From assembly GCA_009103225.1 (NCBI GenBank), contig RHPI01002533.1:709368-773367 (forward strand): a stretch of 64,000 nucleotides of DNA, read 5' to 3'. Of this stretch, positions 33,271-47,100 are shown piece by piece; the first letter of the stretch is position 1; every line of letters begins with the position of its first letter. A program made the position numbers and the translations under genes. The stretch comes from Chlorokybus atmophyticus. Its lineage: Eukaryota; Plantae; Mesostigma and Chlorokybus algae. The notes under the pieces are model-generated. The model ran no database searches. It had not been told where the DNA came from and worked only from the letters and a program-made list of their open reading frames with translations.

Positions 33271-33960
33271 AGCCCTGCGAGCTGTGTGCAGTCAATGATG
33301 TCTGAACAGAAGAAGTGTGCTGTGAGCATGCACGGCATGCGCAGCCAGCCAGATGGTGGAGCAAGCAGTGATGACGGTACGAAGCACACCACCACAAGCA
33401 CAAGCAATGCAGGACTCGATGCAGGCTGCCCCAAGCCCCCACAAGTGCGTGACTATGTGAAGGTAAGGCGACACCATCAGTAGGAACTCCATTGGCGCCA
33501 GCAGCACCACATCAGCTTCGCCAAAGCGTGCCATAAGGCATGAATGGATTTGAGTGCACGGACGGCCAGTGGACATTGGCTAAGCAATAGTGCTATCTAT
33601 GCTATCGTTGTGGCGCATGCTGTTGTGTCTGTAGAAAGTGGGACGTTGCCTACAGAAACCCTGTGGACCCACCCTCTAATGGTGGTAATAAGAATTGGAG
33701 CTAAGCGAATAGAGGGTGAGATTACCCTCAACCACCTTGTGTAAGTGTTACATGAAGAACATGACAACAATTGATCAAGGTACACAGGTCGCAACCGGCA
33801 AGGTCCGGTCGGGACCAATAAACGTGCGGAACACCGCGACTCACTATTACCATTTATATGCAACTGTTGGCTGTCAGTGCTACACCATGTAGAACTGCAC
33901 ATTACACAACCTCAGACACACACATACACGTAACTACGCTACGTGAGCGCCGTGTCCGCC

Positions 33961-36900
33961 TCAGTTGTTGGGGAGCTTTGTGCCACAAGACCCGAGTGCG
34001 GAATCACTGCGCAGTGCCGAAGAGTCGAGCCATTCGATTTGCTGGGCGGCGAAGAACATGCATAGGCCGCCAGATCGAACCTCAGCAGGTGGACATTTCC
34101 AGGCATGACCTACTAACAAACATGTGTAAAAGCATGCACCATGAGCATGCAAACGTGTGCAAACGCGTACAACACCAACACCAACACAAGTCGAAGGACT
34201 TAATGTACTGCAGGGAAGCCCCGAGCAATTGCTCTTTGGCTGAAGTGTTGAGAAATAAACAATGAAAAACTACGCATTTTATACTAGGCTCCAAGCTGGT
34301 CTTATTGGGCTAGCTATGCATGTTAAGTATACAAGAATGCATGAGGTAGCCACATCAACAAGAAAGCGTGACCAAGCATGTTAGTAATGTACAATGTAAT
34401 ATGCAAATGAAGAACTCATGGATAAAAGTCCATGCTTTTACAGAATAAAGCATAACCTACTTCGGTAAGATTGAGACTCGGTGATTAAGGGGTGCGCCAC
34501 CTCTCTCTCTGCAAAACGCGTTGAATGATATTATCACCGTTTGTGATGTATATCAGCGTGTGCGGAGATGTCAGCTGGTGGGGCCACGGATAGCAATGGT
34601 GGCATAAGTTCCGCACTTACGTGTCCACAGTGCTTGCAAAAATGCAGTTCCTTACCGCTGTCAACCAGTGCTGGTGCGGCAACTAGCCTCTCACTCAGAC
34701 ATGTGCTGGTGCGTGTCACATCAGACACGTCCTTGCACTCAGAGTAGCAGTAGTAGCAGTTGCAATTCGGCGTGTCCAGTGTGACCACAAGCAACCACAC
34801 TAGCAGCACTTCGTCTGCAAATTGCCTATCAATTGCTTTGCAGTCAACTGCTTGTTACACGTTCACATTGAGCAATGCATTTGTCTGTATGCCATGTTGA
34901 ACCCAGCCCATGGCGTTAGATCATTTGTGACTGCACAGACATTGACATTGCAAACTTAACGAGCTGACTGATGCGGACACACCACACCAAACACAGAAAC
35001 CGTCGTTTGCACTCAGCCCGTGTCCATTGGCGTTGGCAGCAACTCTTTTAGCTTCTTGCGTATGGCAATCGCGACAGCGCGCAGCTGATGGTGGCCATGA
35101 TTGGTGCCTGGCCAGGTCTTGTGGGAGATCTCCATTGTCACACTTGCCGCTTGAGCCGCACTGCCTTCATCTGAAGGACCCGCAGCGCTGCCGTCGTCCA
35201 CAGAACCCTCCACCCTCAGCTCGATCGACCCCGCCGACTTTGCACAAGCCGTGATGTCCGCCACAAGCGTCCCGAACCGCATCTGAGCCTGGCTCGAAGC
35301 CCGCACCACCGTGCCCTGTCCGCCAAGAGACTGCACCTCCTGGCGCAGATCTTCAAAAAAGTGCGCAATCACCTGGGTAACAGAAGACGTGCACACGGTT
35401 GGATGAGCAAAGAGAGAGCAACTCAGCACACGAGAAACTCCGTAAACTACCTGCGATTGAATGAAAGTTGGCAGCTCTGAGACTGACAGTGTCAAAGGCA
35501 AGCCCAGCAGTTCTGGATAGGCGCCAGTGGCAGCGATGAAATTGCCTTTCCTTTGCAACTGCCCTGACACCCCATTCTTGCCATGGCGGCTGGCGTCGAG
35601 TGCGCCTGTGAGGCCAGCAACTTCTATGGCGGAGCCACGGACGATGAGAAGACACGACACGCGAGGCCGGATGTCCACTGCGCACGCTGAGACACAGAAC
35701 GACAAGCCTGCTTGCGAGCGCAGCCTGATTGAAGGGTATAACTGAGCCTGTCACCACATACAAGTGAACTGCTTGGTGACCTTGGCGAAATGTGCAAGAG
35801 GTATGCTTTGATGATTGATAACCATTTTACAGTGGCTGTGGTAGACCATGCCATGCAGCGGTGGGTATCATCTCAATTCACGAAATTTATTCTACTTTAC
35901 ATACCTGCTGTTCCAAGGTCTGCACGACAGCAGAACGCACAGCGCCATGGTGAAGAACCTGGCAGGTGCGAGCGAGCACAGTCCGTTCGGCATCTCGGCG
36001 ATCGCGCTCCTTGTTTACCTTGATACCCGCAGACGGCCGGCGCGGAAGGTCCACCTGCTTCGGCCACAAGGACTGCAAGTACGCCTGCTCAATCGCTATG
36101 CGCACGGCTGCTTGGGACGGCATGGTCAAAGAGCCGATTGTTGTGTCTGCACCAGCATCGTTCAGCCTCAAGCGTAACTTGTGGCCTTGCCCATACATCA
36201 CCTCCAGGTCGCGATGCACCATGTGCACCACATCTATGTGCTCCCTTGCCACCAGCGCATCAGCATTTGCAGCTTCGAAAACCTGGCAGTCAAAACTCAG
36301 CTCGATCCACACGTATGCTGTTGAAGAGTGCCTTCATGCAGGACATGTACCTGTTGCTGAAAAGCAGCAAACTGCGCGCGGCTGAGAGTCATGTGTGCAG
36401 CGGCGACGTGGTCTTCGGACTCGGTGTTGCTGTTAGGGTATACAAGCGACGCCCCTGCCGTGGAATGCTCAACAGCTACAGTTCCCAATTGAGGCCTCGC
36501 TGATGGACAAGACTCCACAAGCAGCGTGACATCAGGTAATCCGGGAGGGAGATGCATGGTGAAAGGGTGTCGCTGGATTGGGATGAGCGGCGGGCGGACA
36601 GGCGGTAGAGCTGGCTGCGAAGAAGATGGCGCTGCTCCCCATGGCACAGGGAAAGACAAGTCTACAGCAAACGTGTACTCGGACGCCCGAGGTGCGCGCT
36701 GCAGGCGCCACGCACGCTGAAGACGGAGCAGATCATCGTACAGCCGCTGCTCGCGCGACACGTGCGACTGCAGGGACTCCACGCCTTGTCGCAGTCGAGC
36801 AGCTGCGCCCTAACATCAGCAAGCACTGGGGACGTATGCAACAAAGAGCAATACCGGTAGACATGTTGCTGACAAGCCATACCACACAACCGGCTTGCAC

Positions 36901-38043
36901 ATGCAAGCGTTCTGAGGCTGACAAGAAACATGCGTATTATGTTGGAATATGACAACTTGCACGACTAAGCAAGTTGGCAAGATCATACTTGAAGGATGCA
37001 AGCTAACCGTACATTGAGCGCTTGTCGATTAACAAATATGCGCGACACAAGCTCCTCAGCAGCCTCTTGTGGCGAGGGCTTTGGTTTGGTGATGTTGGCC
37101 ACCGCCAGATCTTGTGCTTTTTCAACCTGCAACCAGCAGCAATAACAGGAACGCTTTGAAGCTGGACATGGTTATTGCAAGTTGATGCACAATGCCGAAA
37201 CACAAAAAGTATAATGCAGCCATGCATGAGGTTGTGACACACAGCACGAGAGTATTGTCCATAACCATGCAGTGCCTGAAGTGGGGAGGCCGTACGCGCA
37301 ACGGGAAGCGTCGACGGACAAGGTCGCATCATCACGGTCGTCATCTATCGATGCCGACCGTGATGATGTCGACGACCTCAACCGTGCAAGGGCTACCTGA
37401 CACGCTGGTGTGGACCATCAATATCATCACGGTCGCTGTCGACGGGCAACGCACCCTTGTCCGACAACACTTTCCATTGGCGTGTGGCCTCCCCATCTTA
37501 GGCTGCATGCAGGCATGGAGTCCACATGTTTACCCTAAGACTTAAGCCCGTGGAGCTCTTAGTCGCCTAACGTGGGCAAGGCATGTGGAGGCTCTAGAGT
37601 GTTGTGCAAGACATGCTCATGCTCTCCTTCGTGCATTGCAAGCAGGAAGGGAAGGGAAATGTCAGCAATGAAGCAAAGATCACTCTAAACACAAGCAAGA
37701 AACAACTACTCACGCATTGCAATTGAAGCATGCAGCCAACCTGCCCAATGATGTCGATAAGGATGCCAAGTTCGGTCTGTGCGGAAGCAAGCTGTTCCGC
37801 AACTGCTTGCCACTTGGGGGCTTCCGCCTGCTTGTCTAGTGCATTGGCGGCGGAAGAGGAGGCGGCAGACGAGGCGGCAGGCGCAGCATGCAAGCGCAGA
37901 AGGGCCGCCTCCGGAGGCGGCCTAAGGGCGGGCTCCTCCGTGCCATCCTCAGCAACGAGCTGCACCACATGCCGCCCGCTCTGCAGCCCAAGTGCGGACA
38001 GCCTCAGCGCAGGCATCCCGGTACCTACACTTGCCTCACCCAT
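33961..38043 (-). CDS. MED17: Mediator subunit 17, plant type (multi-exon; 3' exons below about 34600 uncertain)
   Basis: VQLVAEDGTEE, PKWQAVAEQLASAQTELGILIDIIGQ and SLQSHVSREQRLYDDLLRLQRAWRLQR align from memory with plant MED17 (IEENGAE, WKGMVENLQLAHQELTVIIDLI, REARFYGALIRLQRNWKVKR). Confidence 0.8.
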
Positions 38044-38103
38044 GCCACGATGACCACCTCATCGACACCGTCACCACCACCGCCGCCAACAACTCGACCC
38101 ACA

Positions 38104-38177
38104 CTAAGCCTGAGCCTAAGCCTAAGCCAAGGCCTAACCTAAACGTAAACCTAAATCAAACCTAAACCTGAACCCTT
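38104..38177. repeat. Degenerate hexamer array (GCCTAA grading into ACCTAA), telomere/telo-box-like, in the MED17 / ankyrin-BTB bidirectional promoter
   Basis: ctaagcctgagcctaagcctaagccaaggcctaacctaaacgtaaacctaaatcaaacctaaacctgaaccc is seen directly. Confidence 0.75.
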
Positions 38178-38357
38178 CCAGGCTTGATGATGTGAATTAA
38201 TGTGATCCGAACTGAGCCTTATGGATTCAGGTTCACGCTGGGCTGTTATATCGTACTGCAGGTGACCAGCTGCCACGTGGCGGCTTGTCAGGAGGTGGCG
38301 GCGGCGGCGGTGGTGCAGAAGGGGGAAAGAGCGGAAGGGGCAGGTTCGAAAGGTGCA

Positions 38358-40400
38358 ATGGACGACTTCGACTTTGCCATGGCTGCCGGGCAGGGTGTTG
38401 CGACGGCCGTCAAGGACAATGCGCAGGGTGCGGAGCTGAGCATCGACGAGGAAGACCTCGCCGGCATTTGCGGCATTTCGCTGGACGAGGACGCCGTCAA
38501 CGAGCTTCTTCTGTTTAGGTGCATCGAGGAGGACAAGCTTGAAACCGTCCACGCCTTGCTGGACCGCAATCTCGCCCGCCTTGACACCTTCAACGACAAG
38601 GTACACAACATGACATGCAAGCAGCCTTGCATGTCATGCATGTAGGGTTTCTGTCACCCAGAGTGTGCCTTGAACAATGTTGTCACAAGACACATGGCAT
38701 TGTGTATTCTTTGCGCCACCTCCAGGTCGCATTCTGCGTCCTTGTTGGTTGGCAGTCCGAGCAGCCTGGCACGCACTACAACTGTGCAGCGTAAGGTGTC
38801 ATGCATATTACGCATGGACTCATTGAGTGATGGAGGCTCCTGCTTGTCAACACATGCATGGTGTCAATATACACATGTGTGTGCGGCCAGCTGCATGCCT
38901 GACATGACTAATGCATTGCACAGGGCTTGACGCCGCTGCAGTGGGCAGTGTACCATTTTCAGCACCACCGCAAACCTGATACTGTTCGCTTTCTCCTCGA
39001 TAAGGGTGCGGACCCGTTGCAACCGTGTTCAACCTCTTCCAACACGGCGACCCCGCACACGATCGGCTACACACTGCGGGATCCACGCTACGCCCACTAC
39101 CACCTTGAGCCTCGTGCAGTGCACCTTAAAGCCCACACGACTGCGCTCGCACTCGCATTGGAGTTGCAAGCCTCGTTGCAAGATGCCGCGTGGGAATTTG
39201 CTCACTTTGATGCGGTGCTGCGCTTGCTTTGCGCCGCAGCCGTGCAGCGCGTGGACGCGAAGGAGAGACCTCCGCAGCGTCTCAAGGAGGTGTCAGTGGC
39301 TTCGCATGTGGTGTCGGGTTGGAAGGCTGTGTTCGATGAGCGCAGTGACCCCGCGCAAGTGTGCATTCGCATCCCGTTTGCTGATGACATCATCGTGCTG
39401 CGCTCGTTGGTTGAGTACTGCTCGCCTGTGCTCGCCTCCCTTCTATCCAATGTTGACCAAAACATTCGTGAACCCATCACTGGTGTCAGTGCCGCCGCCG
39501 CTGAGAGCGTTGCCAGCTGGTTCTTCGGCATGACTGTGCGCCCACCTGTCGTCCTCGAGCTGGACCCTGCTGTTACAGGAGTCCGTCCACAAGTAAGCTT
39601 ACACTTGACAACCATCCACTGGAAGGTTCACTCGATGATGACCGTGTTACTTGTACATACAATATGGTGTATGAACGCGCATGCAAGTGTGAACAGCATA
39701 CAGCATGCGGGCAGTTATTTACCATTCAATAACTTACCACTGGGCTGACCTATTGTACCTTCACTACCACTACTACTAACACCACCTGTGTTCCTCAGGT
39801 GGTGCGGTGCATGCTGCAGTGGATGTATACAGGGCAAGTTGACGACCACGACATGCATGATCTAGGGCCGGAGCTGATGCTTGCTTCCCATAAGGTGCGC
39901 CCCACGATTCAGCATCCATTCTAGTAATTGCGCATGCTCATTCACTGTGATCATGGCACTGGCGCGCAGTTTAAAGTGGTCGATTTGATGGAGGTCTGTG
40001 CTGCACGCATCATGATCCGCGTTGGTGAGCACACCGTGTTGCATCGGTTTTTTTGATTACAGAAGTGTGTTATCAGTTGTGTGCGCTGCAGCATGGCTCT
40101 CAAACCTTTTCACACGCGACAGGAAATGTCGCCATGGTGCTCAATGCAGCCACGTCTTGCGGGGTGCCGTATCTTGTGCGCGAGAGCGCGGTGTTTCTCA
40201 AGGGGCTGTACGATGCACAGGAGCAGGGGCCGGTGTCCGGGGGCGGCAAGGGGCATGCTCACTTGGGCGGAGAGAAAGAGGGGTTCCGCAGCTTTGCTCA
40301 CATGTTCGAACCTCAAGAGCCGAACCAACTGTACTCTGCACCTTCTGCACCCCAGCAACCGCTGCCACCAGTCACGCCCCAGCAACAGCAACAAACATGA
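38358..40400 (+). CDS. Ankyrin-repeat and BTB/POZ(-BACK-like) domain protein
   Basis: Ankyrin: GLTPLQWAVYHF..TVRFLLDKGADP. BTB: LRSLVEYCSPVLASLLS and VVRCMLQWMYTGQV..ELMLASHKFKVVDLMEVC. BACK-like: NVAMVLNAATSCGVPYLVRESAVFL. Confidence 0.75.
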
Positions 40401-41097
40401 CACAACTATATTGGTTATTGTGTCGCTCATCCTGCTGCCGCAGTTGCCATTATACGACTTCACATGCATTGGGTTATAGCACTAACCATGACCCAACACA
40501 TGGGCGAAGTGCCTCATGTACGCTGTGAGCGGCATGCAAGGTCGTTTTGTATTTGTACATAGTAATAAGCAGAGGTAGGTGTCGGTAATCAGTTACTTCA
40601 AGGCTTATGTTCAGCGGCGCATAGGCAGAATAGTACTGTACTCCTTTTGTATAATGCAAGTCGTTTCTTGAGCTGGTGTTTTCAACTGGTTGTCCTGGTT
40701 GTCCTTCAACTAAAACAATCAGCATGCAAAATGGGAGGGGGCAGGGTGACAGTCTGCTTCCTGTGCTGTCCATGGCCATGCATGATGTGTAGATGAGGTC
40801 TACTGCTATGCGGCGTTGATTCCCAGCACTGTGTCACTCTAACACATGCGCAAAGGCAGAAGGCAGAAGGCATGCCTGTGTGTAAGAACTCATTCAGCCA
40901 TGTTGGGCACAATCGTACAGCAGCAATGGCTCCTTGACTAGTGGTTGCAGTCCATTTCCGTCTCAGTTTCGATGCAAGTTGCGCAGCATGCCTCCTGATT
41001 TGCATTCGTGGACGGGGAGTTGAAGCTACTTCCCACTAACTGATGCAAGGCAGACACATCCGTCCATATAACAGGCTCTGACGCTGGTGAACTGAAC

Positions 41098-43086
41098 TTA
41101 CAACAGATACTGTGACCACTCCGACACCACCTGTGCAGTGCCGTACCAAGGTTTCTTTGCTTCATCGACCTCCTCTCCGCTTGTTGGTCCTCTTCCGGCA
41201 TGGCGAACTCCAGGAAGCACCAAGTGTTCCCAGCCGTTCAGGAGCGTACTCTCAACTGGGCACACACCATCGCCCCACACATTGCCCACGCCACAATTTA
41301 CTTGATACGAGGTGTAGGCTATCTCTTCACCCGACAGACCACGAATCAACTGCGGCAACCTCCAACTGCGGCCCTGAATTGACCGCCCACAAACACCGAC
41401 ACACCTCACTGCCGACTGCCTCACAAAGAAGTCATCGGGGTAGAAGAAGTTGGCGTATTGGAGACTGCTGCTTCTTGCCTGTGGCCGATACAGCACCAGA
41501 CTTGAACAAGCTGACTATGTACCATTGTGAGCAATGAAGAATGCGCCTCTGTTGCATGAAAAGGTTGCTATCATCTCACCTCATCTGGCAGTCCTTCGCG
41601 CTCCTCTCCTCGGCGCCTTTCTGGAACCCTACCAAAAGGGTACTTCTGCACCAGCAAACCCACGCACTAAGGCTCTCATACCAGTGCCTTGCAAGCATGG
41701 AGCGCCGTTCTGGAGTCATTGCATGGTGCATGCACTACATGCGAGTAGGCTGTATGGACTGCATTGTACTCCAAGCAGTGATTCAACACAACACCGACAG
41801 AAGGGGGTCATACCTCATTGCTGAGGTGTGGAGTGCCTAGAGTAAGCAAAGAGGCAACCATGCCCGCATGTCCATATACTTCCCCATCGTAGACACGCTC
41901 ACCCATCAAGATGCGAGCCAGCCAACCGCCTGCCAGTATGTTCTTACATTGAATGTGCTGCAGACATGAGGTACGTGCAAGTTGCGCACGCTATTACATG
42001 CTGCTGTACTATGCAAGTGCCTGAGCACTTCCACGCTAGTAACACAAGGTAAGAGATACAATGCAGCTTGTCGTCGCCATACACTGCGCGTTAGAAACCT
42101 GACCTGCAGAGTGTCCAACAAGGTTGACTTTTTGCTCTCCATGGTTGCGGTATACTTGCTTCAAGACTTCCTCAGTGCGCTTCAGGTAGAAACTGAATGA
42201 GGCTCCAAACAACGTACTACACCAGTCATCTGTTGCGATGCGGACAAGGGTTGAGCGTCCAGCACACGTGCAAAACAATGGTAGCTTAGGCCACTTACCT
42301 GATCGTATAGGAACAATGTAGACATGAAACCCGAGGTCCTGCAAGCTGACAACCGCTTGTCAGGTGCAAGCAATGCTTGTAACACGCTTGCACGAAAACA
42401 GCTAATGCCACTGCCTGTGGCAATACGTGCAGGTAGCTGTTGCATGTGTAACAGTTGCAAGCCACAACAATGCACGCACAAGCAACGAGGCTCTGTTGCG
42501 CAAACCAGGCTGTGAACATGTTACAGAGAAGCAGATCCACAGATCTGGAGGTGACAATTACAATGCATCATTCGTGTGCTCATTGCACCGTCACCTGCAG
42601 GTGCTGAGACATGACAAAGTATGTCGCTGAAGAATTGAGAAACCCAGGCAGCAGAACTATAGGAGCCCTGTCTTCCTTGACCTTTGGTGCATAGTAGAAG
42701 GCATCAAGGCGATTGGAGGTAGCAGCTATCCACAACAGAGCACACACATCAGCCAGAGTGGAAGCAGGCATGCAGTGAAGTCAACCTGCATGCAAGACAC
42801 ACCAAAGTTTACTCATCAAAACATCCAGCCGCTGCCTTTGCAAAGACTGCTGAAAATCAAGCCAGAATGGTACTCGAGAACTTGTGACATAGAACAATGC
42901 AGCTTGGTAACGCATGCAGTTACCTCACGATTAACTGCATGCATTCTGAACAACGCTTTGCAGCATACTTGTCTTGCAATGTTGTCTAGCCCATCGTCCC
43001 CTTCCCCCACGTCGGCCGTCCACACGGACAGCCGGCCAGGACAGCGGCGGCAGCGTCGCTGGCAGGGGAACCATCACTGCGCACAT
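41098..43086 (-). CDS. Alpha/beta-hydrolase (PGAP1/lipase-like, plant-cyanobacterial type), probable plastid transit peptide
   Basis: PIVLLPGFLN (oxyanion region), KVNLVGHSAGGWLAR (GxSxG nucleophile) and VWGDGVCPV..HLVLPGVRH..KPWYGTAQVVSEWSQYLL* (Asp/His). The Pro/Arg-rich N-terminus MCAVMVPLPATLPP.. splices in frame. Confidence 0.85.
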
Positions 43087-43405
43087 GGCTCAATTCTGGG
43101 GAGACGAGGGAAAGGTCACCCTACCAGCTTGCGGGCGCCGTCAACGCGACGACTCGACAGTGCTTCAGCCTCACCTCGCCACTGGCCTCAGCGGTGACGC
43201 CGCCATCTCCGCCGCCCGCCATGACTTCCCATGCATGCTCGGCTAAACACATACATGCATTGCGTACTGCGGAGTGCATGTGATCAGTGCACATTCAGTG
43301 CCTTAACGGGGCTCCACTGCGGCCAACAAGCCCGTTAGTAATGCATTAAGGCATGGCAAAGAATGAGCTTAATGCTGCAATAAGGGCGTAGTAAGTCAGC
43401 GGTGG

Positions 43406-43420
43406 TTAGGGTTAGGGTTT
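43406..43420 (+). promoter_or_regulatory. Tandem telo-box TTAGGGTTAGGGTTT at the 5' end of the U2AF65-like gene
   Basis: Seen directly, in the lipase / U2AF divergent promoter region. Confidence 0.55.
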
Positions 43421-44113
43421 TGCAGCGGTGCTTTCGGCCTGTCTTTGGCGCCATTGCCTCGGGTGTCGGCGCCGTCGTCGTCAGCCATAGCTGCGGCTAT
43501 GTGATGACTTGATTGGGTTTGGGATTCTGTCGTGTGGCGATATGTCGTGAAGCTGTGACGGCGTTTTGCATGCATGCATTGCTTACTGTGCATGTCGGCG
43601 TCGTAAGTTCGCAGTTGCCACCGAGGCGGTGCATGGCGGCAACAACTCGAGGTTTGCGCTGCAAAGTTAGCATGTTGTGATTGTTTCTTTTGAACGTTAA
43701 TTACAACGCACCTGTGTGTCACGCTGCTTTGCATTTGCTTGCGCTGCTCTTGTGCGCCATACTTGTATTTATTGCCCCCATAGCACTAGCATTCCAAGGG
43801 TTTACATTTGTTATCGTTGCCAAGATTGTTGCAAGGGCAGTGTATTGAGCAGCTGACAGACTTGTGTTCGCTTGCATTTTACGTCGCTTACGTTGCTTTG
43901 AACAACTGCTCTGCACTTTACCCCCCTTATCATCGGGGTAGCTTGTAGTTGGCGAAGACTTGTTAACAGTTTGTTGCCGCTCCGGCGCTCATGATTGGGT
44001 GATTTTTTGCAGTGCCGTTGTATTTTGGTGGGGTCACCATTCTTGGGAAGTCCAATTGGTGCACGATGAGCAAACCTGTTTCCTAGCATCTGAGGGTAAT
44101 ACTGCTTGGTGCC

Positions 44114-47100
44114 ATGGCGGACAACGACAGGTGGTCGTTAGGTCTTGAAGAGGCCACGCTGCAAAAACTTGTTGAAAAAAACGGGGACACAGCCTCGGTG
44201 CCCACAGATGCTCCTGTGCAGGCGGTAGACGGTTCAGCTGCACATGATGGGCAGAAGAAGACAGATGGCTCACACGACAGGTATATATACTTTAAACATT
44301 GTGCTCGCATTCATCAGAGGTCACCTACGCTGCGCAGCTTTCAGTAGTGTCCATGCATGCTGTAACTGCTGCATCGGTGATTGCTGTCAAACTGTGCGGT
44401 GGTCCTTTTCCCAACCACCCAACTCACCATTGCGATTGGCTGCTGACGGCTTGGTGCCATGTGCCAGGGCAAAGGACAAGGATCGTCATCAATCTCGAGA
44501 CAAGGAGCCAAGCAGTCGAAGCAGTAAGAGCAAAGAAGGTGCCTCTGATCGCAAGAGTCGCAAGGAGCCGCGCGATGAAAAAGCGCATGCCAGATCGGAT
44601 GCTCATAACTCTGGGAAGGACGAAAAACCTGCACGAGATCCAAGAGAGCATGCTGAAAGAAATAAGGCGGATAAGGGGCGTGAGAAGTCATCGCGCAGCA
44701 GCCGTGAGGTGTCCAACAACAAGCATGATGGCAGACTTGAGAGTCGCTCTGATGGGCGTGATGCTGGTAAGAAATCAGAGAAGAAGCGAGAGGAGTCGTT
44801 GCCTGACAAGGAAGGCTCCGCAAAGCGGGCCAGGGTTGAAGACAAGGAGCAGGACAAGGATAAGAACAGGGACAAAGACAGGGAAACGGAGAAGGACAGA
44901 GACAGGGATAAGGAGAAGGTTAAGGACAGGGACGGGGATAGGAACAGGGACAGGAGCAAGGACAAGCACGACGGTAGGGACAAGGACAATGACAAGGATA
45001 AGAACAAGGACAGCAGAAATGGCCCGCGGGATGATGACAAGATTAATGGCCAACGCACAGATCGGGTTTCCCACCAAAGCTCAGAACGCTCAAAAAGTGC
45101 ACGCCATGAGCGCGAACGTGAGCGTTCGCGCTCGCCGCGCAAGCGCCGCAGGTCTCAATCGCGCTCGCCTAGCAGAAGGCGTCGCAGCAATTCCCCAAGG
45201 CGGCGCCGCTCGCGCAGCTCATCCAGACGGCATCGCTCGCGCACAAAGTCCATCAGTCCTCCACCCTTGAACCCCAAGTACAGACGTTTTGGTGGCGGGA
45301 GCAGTGGACTTGGAGGGTATTCACCCCGTCGGCGTATAGGTGGTGATGATCGCTCTCCTACCCCACTGCCTTCACCTGAACGGCGCATTCAGCGCACTCG
45401 CGCGCGTGCCTGGGATCAAGCACCCCCTGGTTTGGAAGGCATGTCAGCGACTCAGGTGTGTGGAGTGCCCTTACGGAGCACATGTTGGCTGAGGATTTTG
45501 ATTATGACATTTGCAATCGGGGGTCAAATGACCTTGACTTGGCTCCTGTGCAATTCTGCTCTCATTTTTGATGTCTGCAGGCGGTGCAAGCCGCAGTGAC
45601 TACACCAAACATGGCGGGTGTGAACCCCATGTTGATGATGCCGCAGCTCGCGCAGCAAATGTCTGCGATGCAGGTGGGTATCTTCTGTGGTCCCTGATGT
45701 TGGTGCAAGTGTTGAACAGAGCTGGAGGGTTAGATTAGCACGCTCTGCCCATAGATTATGTTGTGTAAGTCCTCTCATCGCACATAGTTGCCAACTTGTG
45801 CAGGCGCAAACACGTCCACTAAGAAGGCTCTATGTTGGCAACGTCCCTACCACATCCAATGAAGCTGAGTTGATGGCTTTTTTCAACACCCTTATGACCT
45901 CGTCCAGATGTCAACATATACCAGGGACGCAGCCCGTGTCATCTGTGTCGGTAAGTACTGTCGCACGCCACTGTTATGGTTATGGGTTATTGTGCATGTT
46001 AAACTGCAAGCTGACTGACTTGTCTGTGGTGTTACAGCTGTTTGTTGACAAGGCATATGCCTTTCTTGAGTTTCTCACGCCAGAGGATGCGGCCGCTGCA
46101 CTCAACTTTGATGGCGTCATATATAATGGCAGTGTTCTCAAAGTCAGGCGACCAAAGGATTACCCAGCATTGCAGGTAGCATTCTTTGTACATCTGGCCG
46201 CTCAGGCTCGGTCAACTTTTATCTTGTTTTGCTGCATCATGGGCAAGCACAATCAGTCTGCTCAGATGGTGCCGCTGCTCCTGGCTATGCATGATGCCTG
46301 CAAGTGTTGCAAGACCACGTGCCTCCTCCCTAACTTGTATATGTAACTTTGCAGCAGACTGTGTTGGGCCCACTGTTGCCACCAGCACCTATTGTAGACC
46401 TGTTGGACAAGGATGTGTCAGATGGCCCTAACAAGGTGTGCTGATGCTGACTTAGGTGTTGTCGTTGGTTGAAGGACTGTTTGTTTGAGCCTCGATAACC
46501 ATGCAACAACTTATTGCAGATCTTTGTTGGTGGCATTCCGCATTCCGTTGACCGTGAAAAGGTACCTGCAGTGTTCAACCAAATGACAACAGCACTTGGT
46601 AGTTAGTTTGCTCACAACCTTGCGTTTAGGTAAAGGAGATAGTCACAGCATTCGGTCAGTTGAAAGGGTTTTCCATGGTGATGGACCTGGAAACCGGCAA
46701 TCATCAGGGCCGGGCCTTCCTGGAGGTAGTGCTGTTTGCAAGCTGTTCCTGCAGTAGTGGTTTGTCCTGCCATACAAGGTTGCTGAATACACACCATGTG
46801 TGTTTGATGTAAACTACAGTACAAGGATTCCTCTGTCACAACCAGGGCCGTTGCGGGTCTGAATGGTATGGCGCTTGGGGAAGGGATTCTGACCGTTTGT
46901 CTTGCAACACCAGATGTAGAGGTATGCTCTGCTGCTTGGTGCCACCGGCACACTGCCACGTAACGCATGCTTACACACGTTAATGACATGAAACTGGAGA
47001 GCTTCGGCGTGTCGCATTCACCCAGACATCGCTGTTAAACCAAGGGCACATTGCGCTGATGCAGGAACCGCCAGTGGATGAACAGGGTGAAAGGCTGAAC

